Source of the DNA: Chrysomallon squamiferum
Lineage: Eukaryota > Animalia > Mollusca
Reading direction: 5' to 3'
DNA: 64,000 bases
Assembly: GCA_012295275.1 (NCBI GenBank)
Contig: CM022671.1
Location: 17,360,001 to 17,424,000 of the forward strand
This document shows positions 1-15,400 of the stretch, in pieces. Position 1 is the stretch's first letter. Each line of letters begins with the position of its first letter. Both the position numbers and the translations under genes were made by a program. The notes under the pieces are model-generated. The model worked only from the letters and a program-made list of their open reading frames with translations, searched no databases and was not told the origin of the DNA.

Positions 1-1711
1 TTTCACAAAACCTTTTTGAGAAATCAGAAACATAACCATATTAATGATACTGTTATAATGACAACTAAGAGGTTATTAATTTGAACTATCTAAAGAGCAG
101 TGATACTAACTGAAAAGAACAAAGGTGTGGGTGAAACAAGCCATCAAAAATGTAAAAACTATGTTAAAAAAACTAAGAATCAACTCTTAAATAAAGAGAA
201 ATTGTTAATAAAGTGAAGGCAAGTAAAAACAACCAAGTACAATGGCAATTAATGTTCATTAATAAATATCACAAAGATAATGTGAATGGTAACAGATACA
301 CATCAGCAGTTAGTTTAAATATACATATCAGATATATGCATACACACACACATACAATACATTGTGAAAAGCTAAAGATATTCACCATTTTTAGACACTA
401 TTATTCAAATAATCTGTGCTAAACTAACATATATTTTATTGTATAAGATTATTTTATGTTGAATTTTAATTAATTAAATATTAGAAATTAAATTATGATT
501 TACCACATGCATCCAAATCATCGTAAAAGAGAGGGCAACATATTACGAGGCTTGAGAGCATCACAGTGGATTTTCACTGGTTTCTACGAAAACAACTAAG
601 CAGGCTTTAAACTCTGTTTAATTAACTACTGACATGCATCACAAGTAAACTATTCAGTTGAATCTTTATTATTTTTATCCTTCTGATTTAAGGTTATTTA
701 CTATAGGAAAGTTTACTATTTATATATCTGCCAAACTCTAGGAAATAAAGCCTTAATCAATTTGTTTGTATTTTTGTTTCTTAAGCAAGACTGTTTGGGA
801 CTTAAAGAAGTTTTATTCTATTATTTAGTCCATTAATAAAAGAATAATTAAAAAAACAACAGAAAAACCCCAACCCAAAATCCAAACAAAATAATCAGTT
901 TTCAGAGATGTAGTTTGTGATGTATTTATTATATGGTGCTTAACATAAATGTTGATTAAGTTCCACTGGTTTTGCTCAAAATTGCTAAATGTGATTTACA
1001 TACAAGTCTTTTAACAAGAATTTTATTTTGGTCACATAATTACAAACTGAAAAGATTATACTTGTGATACTGTGCAGAAATCAGAAAGAAAAGTAAAAAA
1101 GAGAAACATGTTAGTTTTATGTTAGAGAAATATTAAGGCATCAACATATACCTATTTTGTTTTTCTAATAAATTTTAAAACGTAACACAGCAAATGAAAG
1201 CAAAGAACTGTTTTTAGTTAAATTTTAGTCAGTATATGATTCATAGAGTTAAAAATTAAATTAATTCACTAAGTCTACTTGTTACTATTCATATTTAAAT
1301 AAAAATATGCTTACATCTTCAATGAAACAAGCATTTGTGATTGCTACTTTTACCCATAAACTGTTAGTTATAAATTAATATTTTACTTTTTTCAGATAAC
1401 TGTTCATAAACTGAAGGTAATAATAATCAAGGTCACATGTTTTGTATAAAGACCAAGCAACTAGCAAACAAAATTCTGAAAAGCTTTAAAATAAAAGTTA
1501 TAAGAATTTAAAAAAACTTACATTCCACAAAGCGAAATTATTTTAGGAAAAACTTGCAGCATATTTATTATCTGAATCTTTTATTAATTTAACTATTAAC
1601 TGAAAATATAAATGCATGCACAAGCTTAGATATTTGCAAGCATGGAAAATCAAACAGTGTACAAAAGAATATTAAACATTATTTAATGATTTTATAAATT
1701 TTTTATTATTG

Positions 1712-2241
1712 TTATTTTTCCTCGAGTCTTACTGTTTTAGGTCTCTGCATTTTCTTCAAATCTGCCTGGTTGAGTAGACTTCCCTCTGGAGGTGATGTCA
1801 AACGGTTTGTGGGCCATGTGATAGGTGGAGGCCACACCCCACCTGAATTATTTCCTGAACGACTGCTTACACTATTTCTTTGAGCTTTTCCTCCTGCAGA
1901 TGTTGCACGGAAATTAGATTTTGCTGGAGAAACAGAATAAAAAAATAAATACATTTTGTTTTATTTGTTTATAAATGACATTGAATAATGTATCAGCATT
2001 GAAAGGTAAAATTAATTGTACAGAATCAGTGGAATAAAAACAATTCCTTGGAAAATGTTATTAGTACAATTTTTAATCTCTAAATTTCTTAACATTTTAC
2101 TAATTAACAATATTCTGAATGGAACTGATATCACTAAATTTCATGCTAAAATTCAAATAATGTAATCTCATTTTCATCATTATGTTATAAATTTATGTAC
2201 TTTTTTTGCCTGAATATGTAAAATGCATGATAAATAATTTT

Positions 2242-2273
<32 letters not shown>

Positions 2274-5200
2274 TATTTTATTCATGAAACATTTACTATT
2301 TTTATAAAACATTAAATATTCTTTCTTTTCTTTTTTCCTTTCTAAGATTCCTCACCTGATGGTGGAGGGGAAGCTACGAATTGTGAGTTGGTCATCATAT
2401 CCTCATAATCATAAACCTTTTAAAACAAACGCAATAATCAGTTACACAAGTTTTTACATTTTTGCTCATATATTTACAAATTTAACTGAAGAACACAACT
2501 ACTTTTATATTCACATACTGATTCACAGTAGTAAGTAATATTTGACATAAATACAGCAGCACACTCTACATCAAGTCAAAAAGATTATTAGCATTCCTGT
2601 ACTTAGAAATAAAATATTAAACTACATCCATATCCAGGTAGAACTGAAATCTTAAAACTAATTTTTTACACTGAAACTGTTTTGTGAAAAAAAATTAACT
2701 TTTGCCTAACCCTATAAATTCACCATTAATGTCATTAATTATAATTAATTTATTGATACACAGTTTTGATTCTTCATTCCCATTTCAGTGGCTTTTACAT
2801 TAAAGAGTAAATGCTTTTCATGTGTTGAACAATGAATGTTTAATGACACCTGTAAGAAAGAAAACCCTCTCTGCCTTTCCCATATTGTCAATTTTGGTAA
2901 CTCATCTTTGGGCCAGAAAGATTCACATCCTTAATAATCCATAAAATACTTTTCAGACTTAATCTTTCTCACGGATTTTCAGTCTTAGTTTATATTTTTC
3001 TTTGGCTGATCCTTTCCCAGAGAGAAAAAAGTGAAAGGACCAACATTTAAAGAAAACTAAAAATAATTTATTTTATTTGACTACTAAACCAACTTACTGC
3101 AGCTTGCAGTTCATCCACCCGCTGGAAGGCATCCAGTTTGAGTGTGCGTTCGTGGTGGAGTCGTTTTTTGATAACCTCCACATCTTTCTTCACTTTCTCC
3201 TGTATCAGCTGCTGCAGACGTCCAGAACGATCCTGTTCTTCAGTCAACATGGCCAGACGCATTTCTTTGTCTTCCAGCTCCTCCAGCTAAACAATGACAT
3301 TAGCAAACATATCTATTATATAAAATGCTTATTCACATAATTATAGTCAACACTTAATGCTAAATATAACCATCTTAAATCAGAAACTTACCAGTTTAAT
3401 TAATTTCATAAACAAATACACATTTTATCTGTCTCTTTAAATTAATCTGAACATATCCACTGTTAAGTAAGAAATTAAAATCATGTGTCATCTTCAAAAA
3501 TAAAAAGGGAAGATGTTTGTAGTTTAAAGAATCCCAGTGATAAAATTTAATAATAAGTGCAGAGCCAATTTTGAAGAAAAAATATTCAGTAAACATGTAT
3601 TGTTGTCTATTATAGAGATCCCTGGTTAATCTCATTAACTTACCAATTTTTCTATGTTAGCTTGTTTAGCTTGCTCCAACTGCCTCTTACTACGTCTTTT
3701 CTGTTTTTGTTCATGTGCCTTTTCACTCTTGATCTTAAGCTAAAAGAACAAAATTGTTTCATGAAAACATTACACATTCTTGAAAACTATCCATGAGTAA
3801 TAATAATAAATGCCTTTCTCCTGTATGGGACAAGTTTTGAACTGTAGTTTCACCCATTCTACCCAAGCAAATATTTGTGGTTATTTTTTACATGTTTGTA
3901 GAATAAAAGATCAATAGTATTTTGTTTGAAATATCAAATATATACATAGGGATGATAATGTCATTTCTTTTATCATGTTCTGATGTACATAAATATTCAG
4001 TATTTCTTTTCTTTTGTCATTAAATTAAAAACAACAATAAGAAAACCAATGACCGTTTTACAAATATTTTACAGTTAATAACAAATCTAATGTTTAAAGT
4101 GAAACTATCTGTAGCTTAAGTAAAATGGCTACATTAGGAATACCTCTTTCTCAAGCTCTCTGCGGACTTCTTCACACTCTTTCTCTGCTGTTGTCAGAGC
4201 TTTTTTAATAGCTTCCAGCTCTTGTTGCAACAGTACAGACCTCTCCTCAGCAAGCAAGTTCACTTGAATCACATCCTTTTTACTCCTGTCAGCATTTCTG
4301 CTTAGATTGGAAATCTAATAAAGGAAAAGCGTTCTTTGTTAAATGGTACGAAAGAATAGCCTAATTATATTTTGCACATTTCCAAGTCACTGTTTTAAAT
4401 TCTTTGGAAAGCAATTTTTTTTTTTTTTTTTTTTTTTGATATTGATCAAATAAGAAGAACATAAAGATGCTAGATGGTTGAATTTTTTTTATCTTTTTTT
4501 TATAGAAAAACGTGAAATATTCTTTTTCCCTATAGAAACAGTTACCCTACAATCATTTCATTAGTCTGAAGGGTATTGTTCTAAAAATGTTATCATATGC
4601 TTCATCAGGGCATTTCCTGAAGCATCCACCAAATCTGAGACCATCATTTCAGATAAATTAGCTGTAACTTAGGTCAAAAGCTATTTTTAAAAAAAAAGAG
4701 GAACTTACCCCATTCTCAACTAGTGTTTTTATTAAATGGATGTATACTTATCAATAAGCACATTTTATTTTTTCCTGATCACTAAAAGACTCATACCTTT
4801 TTGAGGAACTCATTGGTATTGTGGTTTTGTCTCCAGTGATTCATTGCCTTCATCTTTATCATTAAAGTGTTCAGTGTGTGGTTTTCAACCTGCAGATTCC
4901 GTATCTGTTCTGTCTGTGCAAGGTTGTCTAACAGATGTTCATGTCCTGAAACAAAATCTTGATGAGTGAAAAATTTGAGAATTAGTTTATAATTTTCATG
5001 ATACAGCAATATACTTTGTTTTAGCCTCTCACAGAAAGATGCAGATATAACTGTCAGAATTTGTAATCCAAGTAATTGCTGTTAATTGAAACTGTTATTT
5101 ATTCCAGCATTCCCCCTCCCCAAAAATACAGTTAGTTACTGTATTCAAAGGCAACAATATATTAACATGAGAAATTTAATACAGGTCAAAATAAAGAAAT

Positions 5201-6316
5201 CCTATAACAGAATATCAATATATTTCATTTTATTTTCACAGATTAGCACACTCACCCCCAGTACTGCCAGATTTCTCTTGAAGTTTGCTCATTTCTTCTA
5301 TTGCTGTGGCACGAGTTTCTTTGATTTTCTCAAGTACATCATCATACAAGTCACCTCTAAAGAATATGAATACTAGAGTTATTTAAGTAGTTTCTAAAAT
5401 ATGAAAAACATGAATAATGTACCTCATATTTAATGAAATATTTCTTTTTAGAAGAGCAAAAAAAAAAAGTCTGAGCAAAACAAGTAAACAAAAATAATAT
5501 AAAAACAAAATCACTGCAGATGATAAACATTCTTGTTTTAGTATTTAAAATTAAATCCAACATCAGTTTTTATTTCTTTCTCAAAGAGTTATATCTAAGG
5601 ATATACAAATATGAGCTAATAAATTCTTTATACTAACAAATTATAATTTTATTTTTTTATTTTGGTTGACCTACCCTCCATCATTCATAACAAAGCATGA
5701 CAATAAAACAATACAGCTATGTAACATTTTTGTTCCCTTTTAACTGAAGTCATGGTGTCATTGTGTATTCCTCAGAATAATAGCTCAATTCTTCTGATGC
5801 TTAAAATAATCATTAGGGACAACAGATTCACCCTGTATGTAATGACATCATGCGTACTGAAAAATGACTTTCCCAGGTATTTTTAAACTGTACTCTTTTA
5901 TTGCTAACCAAATAAAATGTAACTTAGAAAAACGCAGCTTATATTTAGACTACTTTCTTGATATCTGCACAGGTGTGTTTTGAAATACAAATAAAAAAAC
6001 CCTCCTAAAGCTGTCTACCTGAATTCATCAAACTTTGCTCGGAGTTGGTAAGTGGAATTGAACATGTTCTGAATGAGTTCATCGTACTCCATTTTGATTT
6101 TCTCGCGAATATCACGCTCCTGTGTCAAGCTCAAGTTCCTCATTTCTGATATTTTTGCTCTCAGTGCAGTGACCTCTGAAAAAATAGTAATAGGATGGAA
6201 TTAAAAACCAAAGCTATAATATTAAAACAAAAATGATCCAGAAAAAGCTACAACCTCAACAGAAATAAACTAAAGAATATAAAACAGCTAATATGTGAAA
6301 GGTTACTCTTTGAATA

Positions 6317-6400
<84 letters not shown>

Positions 6401-9400
6401 TAATAATAAAAAAGCAAGAATAAACAAAAATAATAAGCACACAAATACATTAAAGAAAAGAAGTAAAAAAAGAAGGTAAGTAACTACTAAATGAAAGTCT
6501 TTAAATATGAAAATAATTTTTTTACCCATTAGCAAATCATGAACTTGACTTGCTAACTGGAACTGTACTTCAACTGTAATATTAGAATGTACTGCTTTCA
6601 GCTTATCCTGTACATACTTGATTTCCTGCATTGAAAAATATGTAACAAGTTGTGTTATTAATTATCTGGGTTGAAAGATTTGGATTAGAATTAATTTCAA
6701 TGAAATACCAACCAAAAATGACCTCATTTACAAAAAGTAAATATATATGATTGTTACATAAAATATGTGGTAATAAAGGAGAGTTTACTATAAACAGGGA
6801 AGTAAACACCACAGCCACTGATAAATGAACTTGGAACTGATTGGCACAGGAAAAAACATTAAATGGATTAACAAAGGCTGACTTATCTTGTGAGCTATCA
6901 TTCTAGTGATCTTACTCTAAGTTTTTTAAAACAATAATTACCTGCTCTTTCTGATAGAGAAGCTGATGATGAACCCTCAGAAGATTTTCATAATACATGC
7001 TGTAACTGTAAAGCAAAAAAAACTCTAGTGATAATTTTGTAAAGATATAAACAAACATTAAGATTTAATATGAAAATAATTTCAATTGCAATAAAAAAAA
7101 AAACAAGTAAGAAAAGAACTATCCATAATCAAGCCAAAATCATTATATAGATAGCATTGATAAACTCATTAGAATTAATATTATTTTTAATAAATTAATT
7201 TCAGGGATTGTAGAACTATTCATATTCTTCAAAATAAGAAATTCATCAGAGTTATTTTCACATTTTTAATAAAATAAATATTCAAATATGTTTGATATTA
7301 ACTAATAACGTGTGTAAAATATCAGACATCAGTTAAACTACAAACCTCAGAAAACAAGCTTTTTCTCTGGACATGACATTGCGCGAGAGTGAGCCCACAC
7401 ATCTGTTGAAATGTTCTCGTGTAAATGTGAGTTTGTCATCAAATTCCTCACAGTCTGTCATCAACTCATCAACAAAGGTTTCTGCTAGATGAGGTCGAGT
7501 GATGGTGTAACTTTCCTTCATGACCTGAGAAACGTTTTTATTAACAGTTAGGTGGATACAGGTTACACTAGTACACAATGACAACTCTTTTCAGTGAAAC
7601 TATATAAACATATGAACTAATTTATAACTGCTATTCAGATAAATATATATTTAGCTTTATTATTTTCAGATCCCAAAACTTTCTCTAGGTTTTATAATAG
7701 TATCTGCATAACATGTATGTCTTATATTTGATCTGTAAAACAGAATAATTGTCCCAACAGGCAACATTATTGACTTTACTAAAACAAAATGTTTAAATAC
7801 CTTCAGCTTTTACATAATATACTAGTAATAAAATCCTACTGTTTTTTTCCACAGATCTGTGGGCAACGCATCTTCTTCACGAACCCTTTCAGAAATAGAA
7901 AGAGTAGATTCTTTTGCAGCTTTCTTTCTTACTTCACTCAACATGTGACACTCCAAAGTTTCAAACAATCTCACCAACTAAAAACAACAAAATAAAACAA
8001 ATCATATTTATTATGGATAAAACAGTTTGTAAAATAAACAAAAATAAACAAAAATGAAGAATATAAATGCAATTCATATATAACTATTTTAGTTTTGCAA
8101 TTTTCTTATTTTAGCTATGCTAGTAATTTGTCTCTATACTAAATATTGAAGGATAAGGCATATAATATATGAACCTGTTTTGCTCTGACTTCAATTTCAG
8201 ATGCTCCTTGTGGCATAATTAGTACATCAGTGGTCAGAACCTGTCCATCATACAAATCACCTTGTCCAAGACGTCTGGCTACACTTTGTAAAACAGGAAG
8301 CAGTATTTCTGCTCGATACAATTTACTGTAAAAACAAAACCATAATAAAACAAAATAATAAGATATCATTTTTATTTATATTTTCAGAATAGAACACACT
8401 TTGTCTTTTTTCTATCTCTTTCTTAAATAAAAATATTTAAAAAATGATTCCAAAAATTTATAAGTAATTAAAAATCTATAAATTACAAAAGTATAATATA
8501 AATATTAGCTGACATTCTTTAAAACAATTGTTGTTTTTTCAAAAATAATTTTATCTGTCATAAAACTAATCAGTGGAAACAATTCTTACGTAAATTCTCT
8601 GAACAGTCTGGTGTTATTGATTTGTTCCACCTGAAGCTTTCTCTGACCCCAGTCAAACTTGGACAGCTCAAGACATTTCCACAACTTCAAGAAGAACTTT
8701 AGCAGAATGTATGCTTCCATTGGCTCTTGTGTGCTTGACAGGGATCTGTTGACTGAATGGAATGAAGAATACATTATATATGTAAAAAGAGATACCTTTG
8801 TGATATAAATGTCCAAATCGTTCAATATATCAGTACACACCATTTTGATTCATGTATTAGAAACAATGAAAATTATTTCTTGGCAAAATGTTTGAAGATA
8901 CCTGAAGTATTTAACATGAAAATCTGTTATTGAAACTGATGACATCAAAAAAGCATGGATTGTATGGAGGGAGAGGGAGAGGGAGAGAGAGAGAGAGAGA
9001 AGATATGCAGAGCACTTCAACATACTCATACTTATAAAAGATACTTATATAAACAAAATGTATTCAGAACTAACTTGGCATCTTTTCCACCTGCTTCTCC
9101 TCACTGTTGTCTTTTTTAAATTTGCCAACTTTGGCAAAACTGAAAACTGACCCTGACATTCGTTTCTTTCCCTGTGCCTCTTCAGGGTCCTCAGTTTCAT
9201 TGACTTGATATCCTGACTGCAGTACATCTTCCATTAACAGAGTCACACCAAGAATTTCTCCATTTGCAACATGTCTGTAAAATGTTGAATAAAATTCATA
9301 CCAAATTTTTCAAATGTTTGTCAACTATGAACAAAATATTTGTCAAATTTCTTAAAGTTAAAAAGATTTAACAAAGAATGTATGCTTAGGATACATGTCT

Positions 9401-12400
9401 AAAATTAAAATAAAATTAACATAAAATTTTGAAATGTACAGATATAACCTATTTCAATAGATGCAGGTGCAACATTCCATCAACATTATGGATTTTAACA
9501 AATACAAGATTATATCAAACAATCAAATGTGAGAAGAACTGTAAAGCCATTCTTTTTAATAATTATTTAAAGAATACATTCAGCCTGTTTTCAATGGAAT
9601 AATATAATAGTGAATAATCAAAAGATAATATTTTTGACATTAAAATACTTTAATATTTACATAGTCACACAAGCACACATGATACACAGCCACTGACAAT
9701 ACCCACCTATCAACATCTTTTAGACCACACAGACATGTTTGGATATGATGTTCTATCAGATGCCACTGCCAGTACATCATTGGAAAGATCCCATTTCTGA
9801 AACAAATAATTTGACAATTTATTTAAAAAGAAATGTGTCAATTACTTCATGACAATAATATGTCAGACATAGGAAGAAATTATTTTTAAAAGTTATCTTA
9901 TTCATAAATGAATTTAGTGCTCTGTTGTTGTTTTGATGGGTTATTACTCATCCAACTTATTAGTTAATTATTCTGAATAATATACTTTTAAAATGGTAAA
10001 GTATTTGCATACAAATCACTGTTGTTATTGTTACTCTTATCAGTACATCTAGTCTTACCTGCCACAAAATGATCTCCATGGATACATCTGTCTAGCCTGG
10101 AAGTCTCTTGGTTCAAGAGGTTCGGGGACAGTTATATATGCACTGAAAATGCTGCTCTGCTGAATATTGCTGAGAGCTGGTAAAGCATGGTGAATGCTAT
10201 TTATAATTGCCTGGATAATAAAACCAATTAAGAAATATTTATGCTTCTATTACTATAATAAAAATACTTTCTAGAAATTTCGACAATTTTAAAAAGAACT
10301 CTAGCAAAATACATGCTTCCACAAGCTCTTGTGTACTTGACAGAAATTGATTAACTAAATGGGGTGAAGCATATATTATATATGTAAACGACAGAGAGAC
10401 CTTTGAAATTAAATTACCAAACATTTTTTTTAAGCATGAATATATATCCTTTTTCTTTAAGTATAAAAAAACAGTGAAAATGAACAAAATTTCCTAACAT
10501 AGTTTTATTCAAATATTTATTCAAACATACTTACAAACAAACACAAAGAAAATGTTCAAAACTGAGCTTTGAAGAACAGTAATAACTGAAATATGTTTTT
10601 ATTAAGCAACTTTATCAAAAAAAAAAAAATTCCATCATTTTCAAATTAACTGATCCTGAAAAAGGAAGACTTATAAATTAGTAATTTAATAACTACACTG
10701 TTTAAGTTACCTTAAAACCATCAGTATTTCCAGTCGACAGAAAAGTATCTGTCATGCAGTGGCGTACAGCAGTGTCGAATGCCAGAAACATAACATCTCG
10801 ACGCAAAGTCATAAAATCAACAACCTCAGATGGATTTGATGGATTGGACAGGTGATTAATCTGCTTCTGAATCTGAGAAAGCTCAGCTCCTTTATGATGT
10901 GAAAGAAAAGATAATCAACGATATATTACATTCTCTTTTCATTAAATACTAATAGCAGTAATTATATATTAGTAGTGTATTAATATTTTTATCCTATACT
11001 ACTAATTTTGGAGAATGCAGTAGCATGTGGATGGGTGTGTGAATGCATGAGCATGTGTGTACACTGGTATATGTGTAATTACAGAATATACAAATTCATG
11101 TAACATACGTCAAGTACCAGACTAATGTAACATCATTGTATAAAGGAAAATGCTACATTTATCAACTGCTGATATTAAATTGTGTTGAGGTAATATTAAA
11201 TTTTAATTTATTTCAGTTTCTGACTGACAATAATGTAAAACAGTTTTAATCTTACCCACTCCTTCACTGCCTCCCCAGTCTGCTGATATCGACCCACTCT
11301 TCCCCAAACTAACTTGAGCATGTGAAGTTCCCAGCTTGGAATGAGCACAGAGGTAATGCAGCATGTCGTGAAGTGTGGCAGCAATTGACAGAGAGTAGTT
11401 GAGAGCACGAGCACAGTTCATGTCATCGAGAGTTTTAAACATCACCAGCACCTCTGTGTAGTGAGGAATAAACCATATATTCAACACATGCTCTCCATCA
11501 GCAGACAGCACACGTCTTGGTCGTGGATGGATGGTTCTAAGAAAAATAGGTTGTATAACAACATAACAAAATAAGGTGTAATTCTAACATTTTTCTAAGA
11601 AAAACAGGTTAGATAACATCATAACAAAATAAGGTGTAATTCTAATATTTTTCTAAGAAAAACAGGTTAGCTAATAACATACTAAAATAAGGTTTAATTC
11701 TAATATTTTTTTAAAGAAAAACAGATTAGATAATAAAATAAGGTGTAATTCTAACTTTTTTAATATGCTGTTATCTTATCTTGTTATCCAAAAGGAGTAA
11801 TTAGTAAATATGACAGATACATTATGAACATCATCAAATTATCAGGATGTCAACAAGAAAAAGGAATAAATTTGAAAAGATGAACAGAATAAAATCTTGA
11901 AAAAAATAAACTATGTAAAACTAAATGATCCTAAAGATCAAAAAGAAACTAAAAAGTATTAATACAGAATGAAATGAAAAATGAAAATTATGATCAGGTC
12001 CATGCAGGTAAGGTCAACTAACAAATTAAGAAGATTTTGAAAACTAATTTATTTAAATTAGTGTTAGTGTACTTACCTAGGATCTTCTTTGAGACCATCA
12101 AAGCTATCTTTATCAGATTTCTTTTCATTAGGCTCACCAAGCATAAAATAGGTTTCTCTATAAACAGAATAAAAACAAATAAAAAAGTATTACCTTTTTA
12201 CAGTTCATTTTTTGTTGTTGTTAACACTGTTCTTTTTTATTTTTCTGAAATTCATTTTCATAAACCCATTCTGTATAGACTTACTTATTTAATAACCACT
12301 CCTTCAGCTGGAAAAAAAACCCCATAAAAATCTTACTGTAAGACCAACAACAAGATATAAAAAAAACATTTTTGGTGATAAGGATGTTTCTGATATGTAA

Positions 12401-15400
12401 TTTTTCTTATTTAATGCATTACTGAATATTTTAAACAACACAGTTTCAACTCACTTGATAGTTGGAAAATCTTCTAGCAGTGTTAGAATGCTGTTGTAGT
12501 AAGCAATGATTTGAGCCCGAAGTGAAAACTGAGATATTCGAAGGTTGAAATTCTCACAGAAGTCAGAAATGAGTTTTCTGAATAAACAAATATAAGTATC
12601 AATTGAAATATGCATAGAAGAAAATAATCTTTAGTTTACTCATAACTAAAAATGTATATCAGCTTATTTTCTACAGCAAAATAATTTATAGTCAGATAAC
12701 ATTCTTCAAGATAAAGAAAAAAAGGTAATAATTTTATTTTGTTTACTAGTTACTTTTAGATTTAAATAATCAATTTTTATAATGCTGCTAAGGGTAATAT
12801 TTTCTTTCTTTTTCACTTTTTCCAAATTTTCATTGTTATTTATGAATGTCTCCAAATTGATGTTTGAATATTTATTTAATGAAAAGAAAAACAATCACTT
12901 TAAAATTCATTTCAAATTTATAATTATTAGTTTTCATTAAAGTCAGTTGCTTAATATTGAAAAAATCAGCTTGCTGGATTAAATTTCTAAAAACAACAAA
13001 TAATATTATGAATAAATAAATAAATATAAAAAAAAAAAATGTGCTGTAACTACATAAAAATTATTTACCTTTTCAGTTTTTCAAGTTCATCTGTGTTCCT
13101 TAAGATAGTTCCCATTTGGGATTTTTTTTCTACAAATTCATTTAGCATGATGTCTCGACTTGGTGTCTGGAAAACATTAAAATTTAAGTCAAATTAAATG
13201 ATAGAGATCAAAACAAGAATAATTTCATCAGCTGATCAAACTGAATCAATACAGTACAAAGAGGAACAAACATGAGATATTTTACAACTGAAGGATTATA
13301 TATTTTAACACATCTACAACATGGTTTATCTTTACTGTACATTGAGACAACAAAATTTAGGTTTAAAGCTGTGAAAAATTGATTCTATTTATTCTTTAAA
13401 GAAATTTGATATTTTGTTTCCCTTACCTTTTCCATCTGAATTGAAACAAAAGCCTCTGGTGTATGCCGGCTTTTGGTAGATTCAGTGGACATTTTGCCAG
13501 GCTGTGTGCCACTTGATAAACCTGTGTACTGGGTCACTGAACTCTTTTCACTCTTTGATTCTACTGGACTGCTACGGCCTCTGATTTAGAAATTTTTTTT
13601 ATAATAAAGTTATAAATAAATATTAAATTGGTACATGTTATATTCCTCTTACCACTGTACCAACCAAGTTCCATATCATTATCAAAAGAGCTTTAGACAC
13701 AAAAGTAATCTTGTAAAATACATTCTGAAAAAGTTTGCGTGTTGAATTTCAATAGACATAATCCAATTATCATACAATTTATGCAAAAATATATATCTTT
13801 CTAATTTTTTAAAATTGTATTTGTAGAGAGGAAGATTCAGATTTATTTATAAATTAAGTGAAACTAACATGTTTTTATAAATCACATTTAATTTTTAATA
13901 CAATACAATTTTTTTTTACTTTTCCTTATGAGACTGTATCAGGTAACAAAAATACTTTAAAAAAAAAAAAAAAAAAAAAATGTGTCTTTCAGCCTAACTG
14001 AAACATAATCATTACTTACGTTTTTGATGTAGTATATTTGTTCATGTGGCAGTTGTGTGCTTGCATGACTGCTGCAATTAGAGCGTTCTTGTGCACAATC
14101 TGTGCTTTCAAAGTCACCTGAAGACTTTCCACACCTCCAGGTCTTAACACCTGCTGAAAACCTTCTTTACTGTGAAACGAGAACCTTCCAACATGTCCCT
14201 CGTCTAATTCATGTATAGCCAGACTCAGGAAAGATGGAGTAAATTTGTCCAAAGCAGAGTCATCTTCTTGTAATGAGGTGATGAACACTGGAGGAGGCTT
14301 GCCAGCATCGCCTTTGAAACTTGCAAACTCAAACTGGACAAACCTCAAGAACAAGTGGAATTCATCAAACCCCATCTCGCTGGCTTGTTGTTTATAAATC
14401 TGAAACAAAATCAGTTTTTATTTTTTCACTCTTAATAACAATCATAGCTCTGAATTAACATTTGAAACAAATTATATCTTCTACTTATATTTAAAAAAAA
14501 AGAAAACAGCAACAAGAAGAAAATGAGCTGAAAAATATTTACAGAATAACAAGCTTTGGTGCTGCAATAATAGCTGTAACACTGGCTAGTTTTAATGATA
14601 CATAAATGCAACATGATTGTAAAAGAAAAATAATTTAAAGTCTGTTAACATTCAGACCTTTGATAAAATCTCAGTCTCCCAACTAGCTTCAATGAGGCGA
14701 TGACGAGTTGTAACAGCCTGGAAACAAAAAACAGAAAACATTCTTTACTTCTCATAACTTGATTGTATTAAGAATTGAAAATATATCAGCTGTATTACTG
14801 TCAATAGTGTCTGTATCTGTGTGTGTGTATGTGCATGTTTGTGAATGAATGAATGTGTGTGTGTGTGTTTATATACAGGGGGGTGCAAAAGTAGGTATAC
14901 AGAAATATCACATCAGTGAATTTAGTAGCACATTAAAATAGTTGGATTCATTTTTCTTATTTTGATTGTCATTAACCATATTTTATTTAAATTAATAAAA
15001 ATGCATGTGTTTTTATATTAGCTTTTTTGTTTGAATAATAAATGCAATGAGTACTGTGTTTTCTTTTTTCATAACTGTATACCTACTTTTGCACCCCCCC
15101 TGTATATAGATAGATAGATAGATAGACAGATTGGTACACAGATAGATGGATATAAAATAACCATTTTTATTTTTGAGACATAATTTTCTTTTCACAGTAT
15201 AAGAATTTTAATTTAGTGTATTTTATTCAAATACTGTCAATGGGCTGAACATTTGAATTCAAAAAAATTACTGGCAAATCTATAAACAAAAATTATAAGA
15301 TAAATAATCAGACCTCAAATACTCTGTTGATGACGTGAAGGATGTAGTTTTGTTTCTCCTTAGTGGACCGATTGCTACCAGCATGAGATTCCACTTGTGC

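Noticed and set aside
6248-6631. ORFs with long poly-Ile/poly-Ser/poly-Leu tracts
   Set aside because: Translation of a (TAA/TGA) microsatellite; only ~6526-6627 is a real CCDC162 exon.
8586-10487. Mutually exclusive exon pair
   Set aside because: The copy is partial, separated from its parent by three constitutive exons, and in an intron of incompatible phase.
11536-11757. Regularly spaced repeats resembling a CRISPR array
   Set aside because: Head-to-tail decaying units with no unique spacers, no cas genes, and a eukaryotic intron context.
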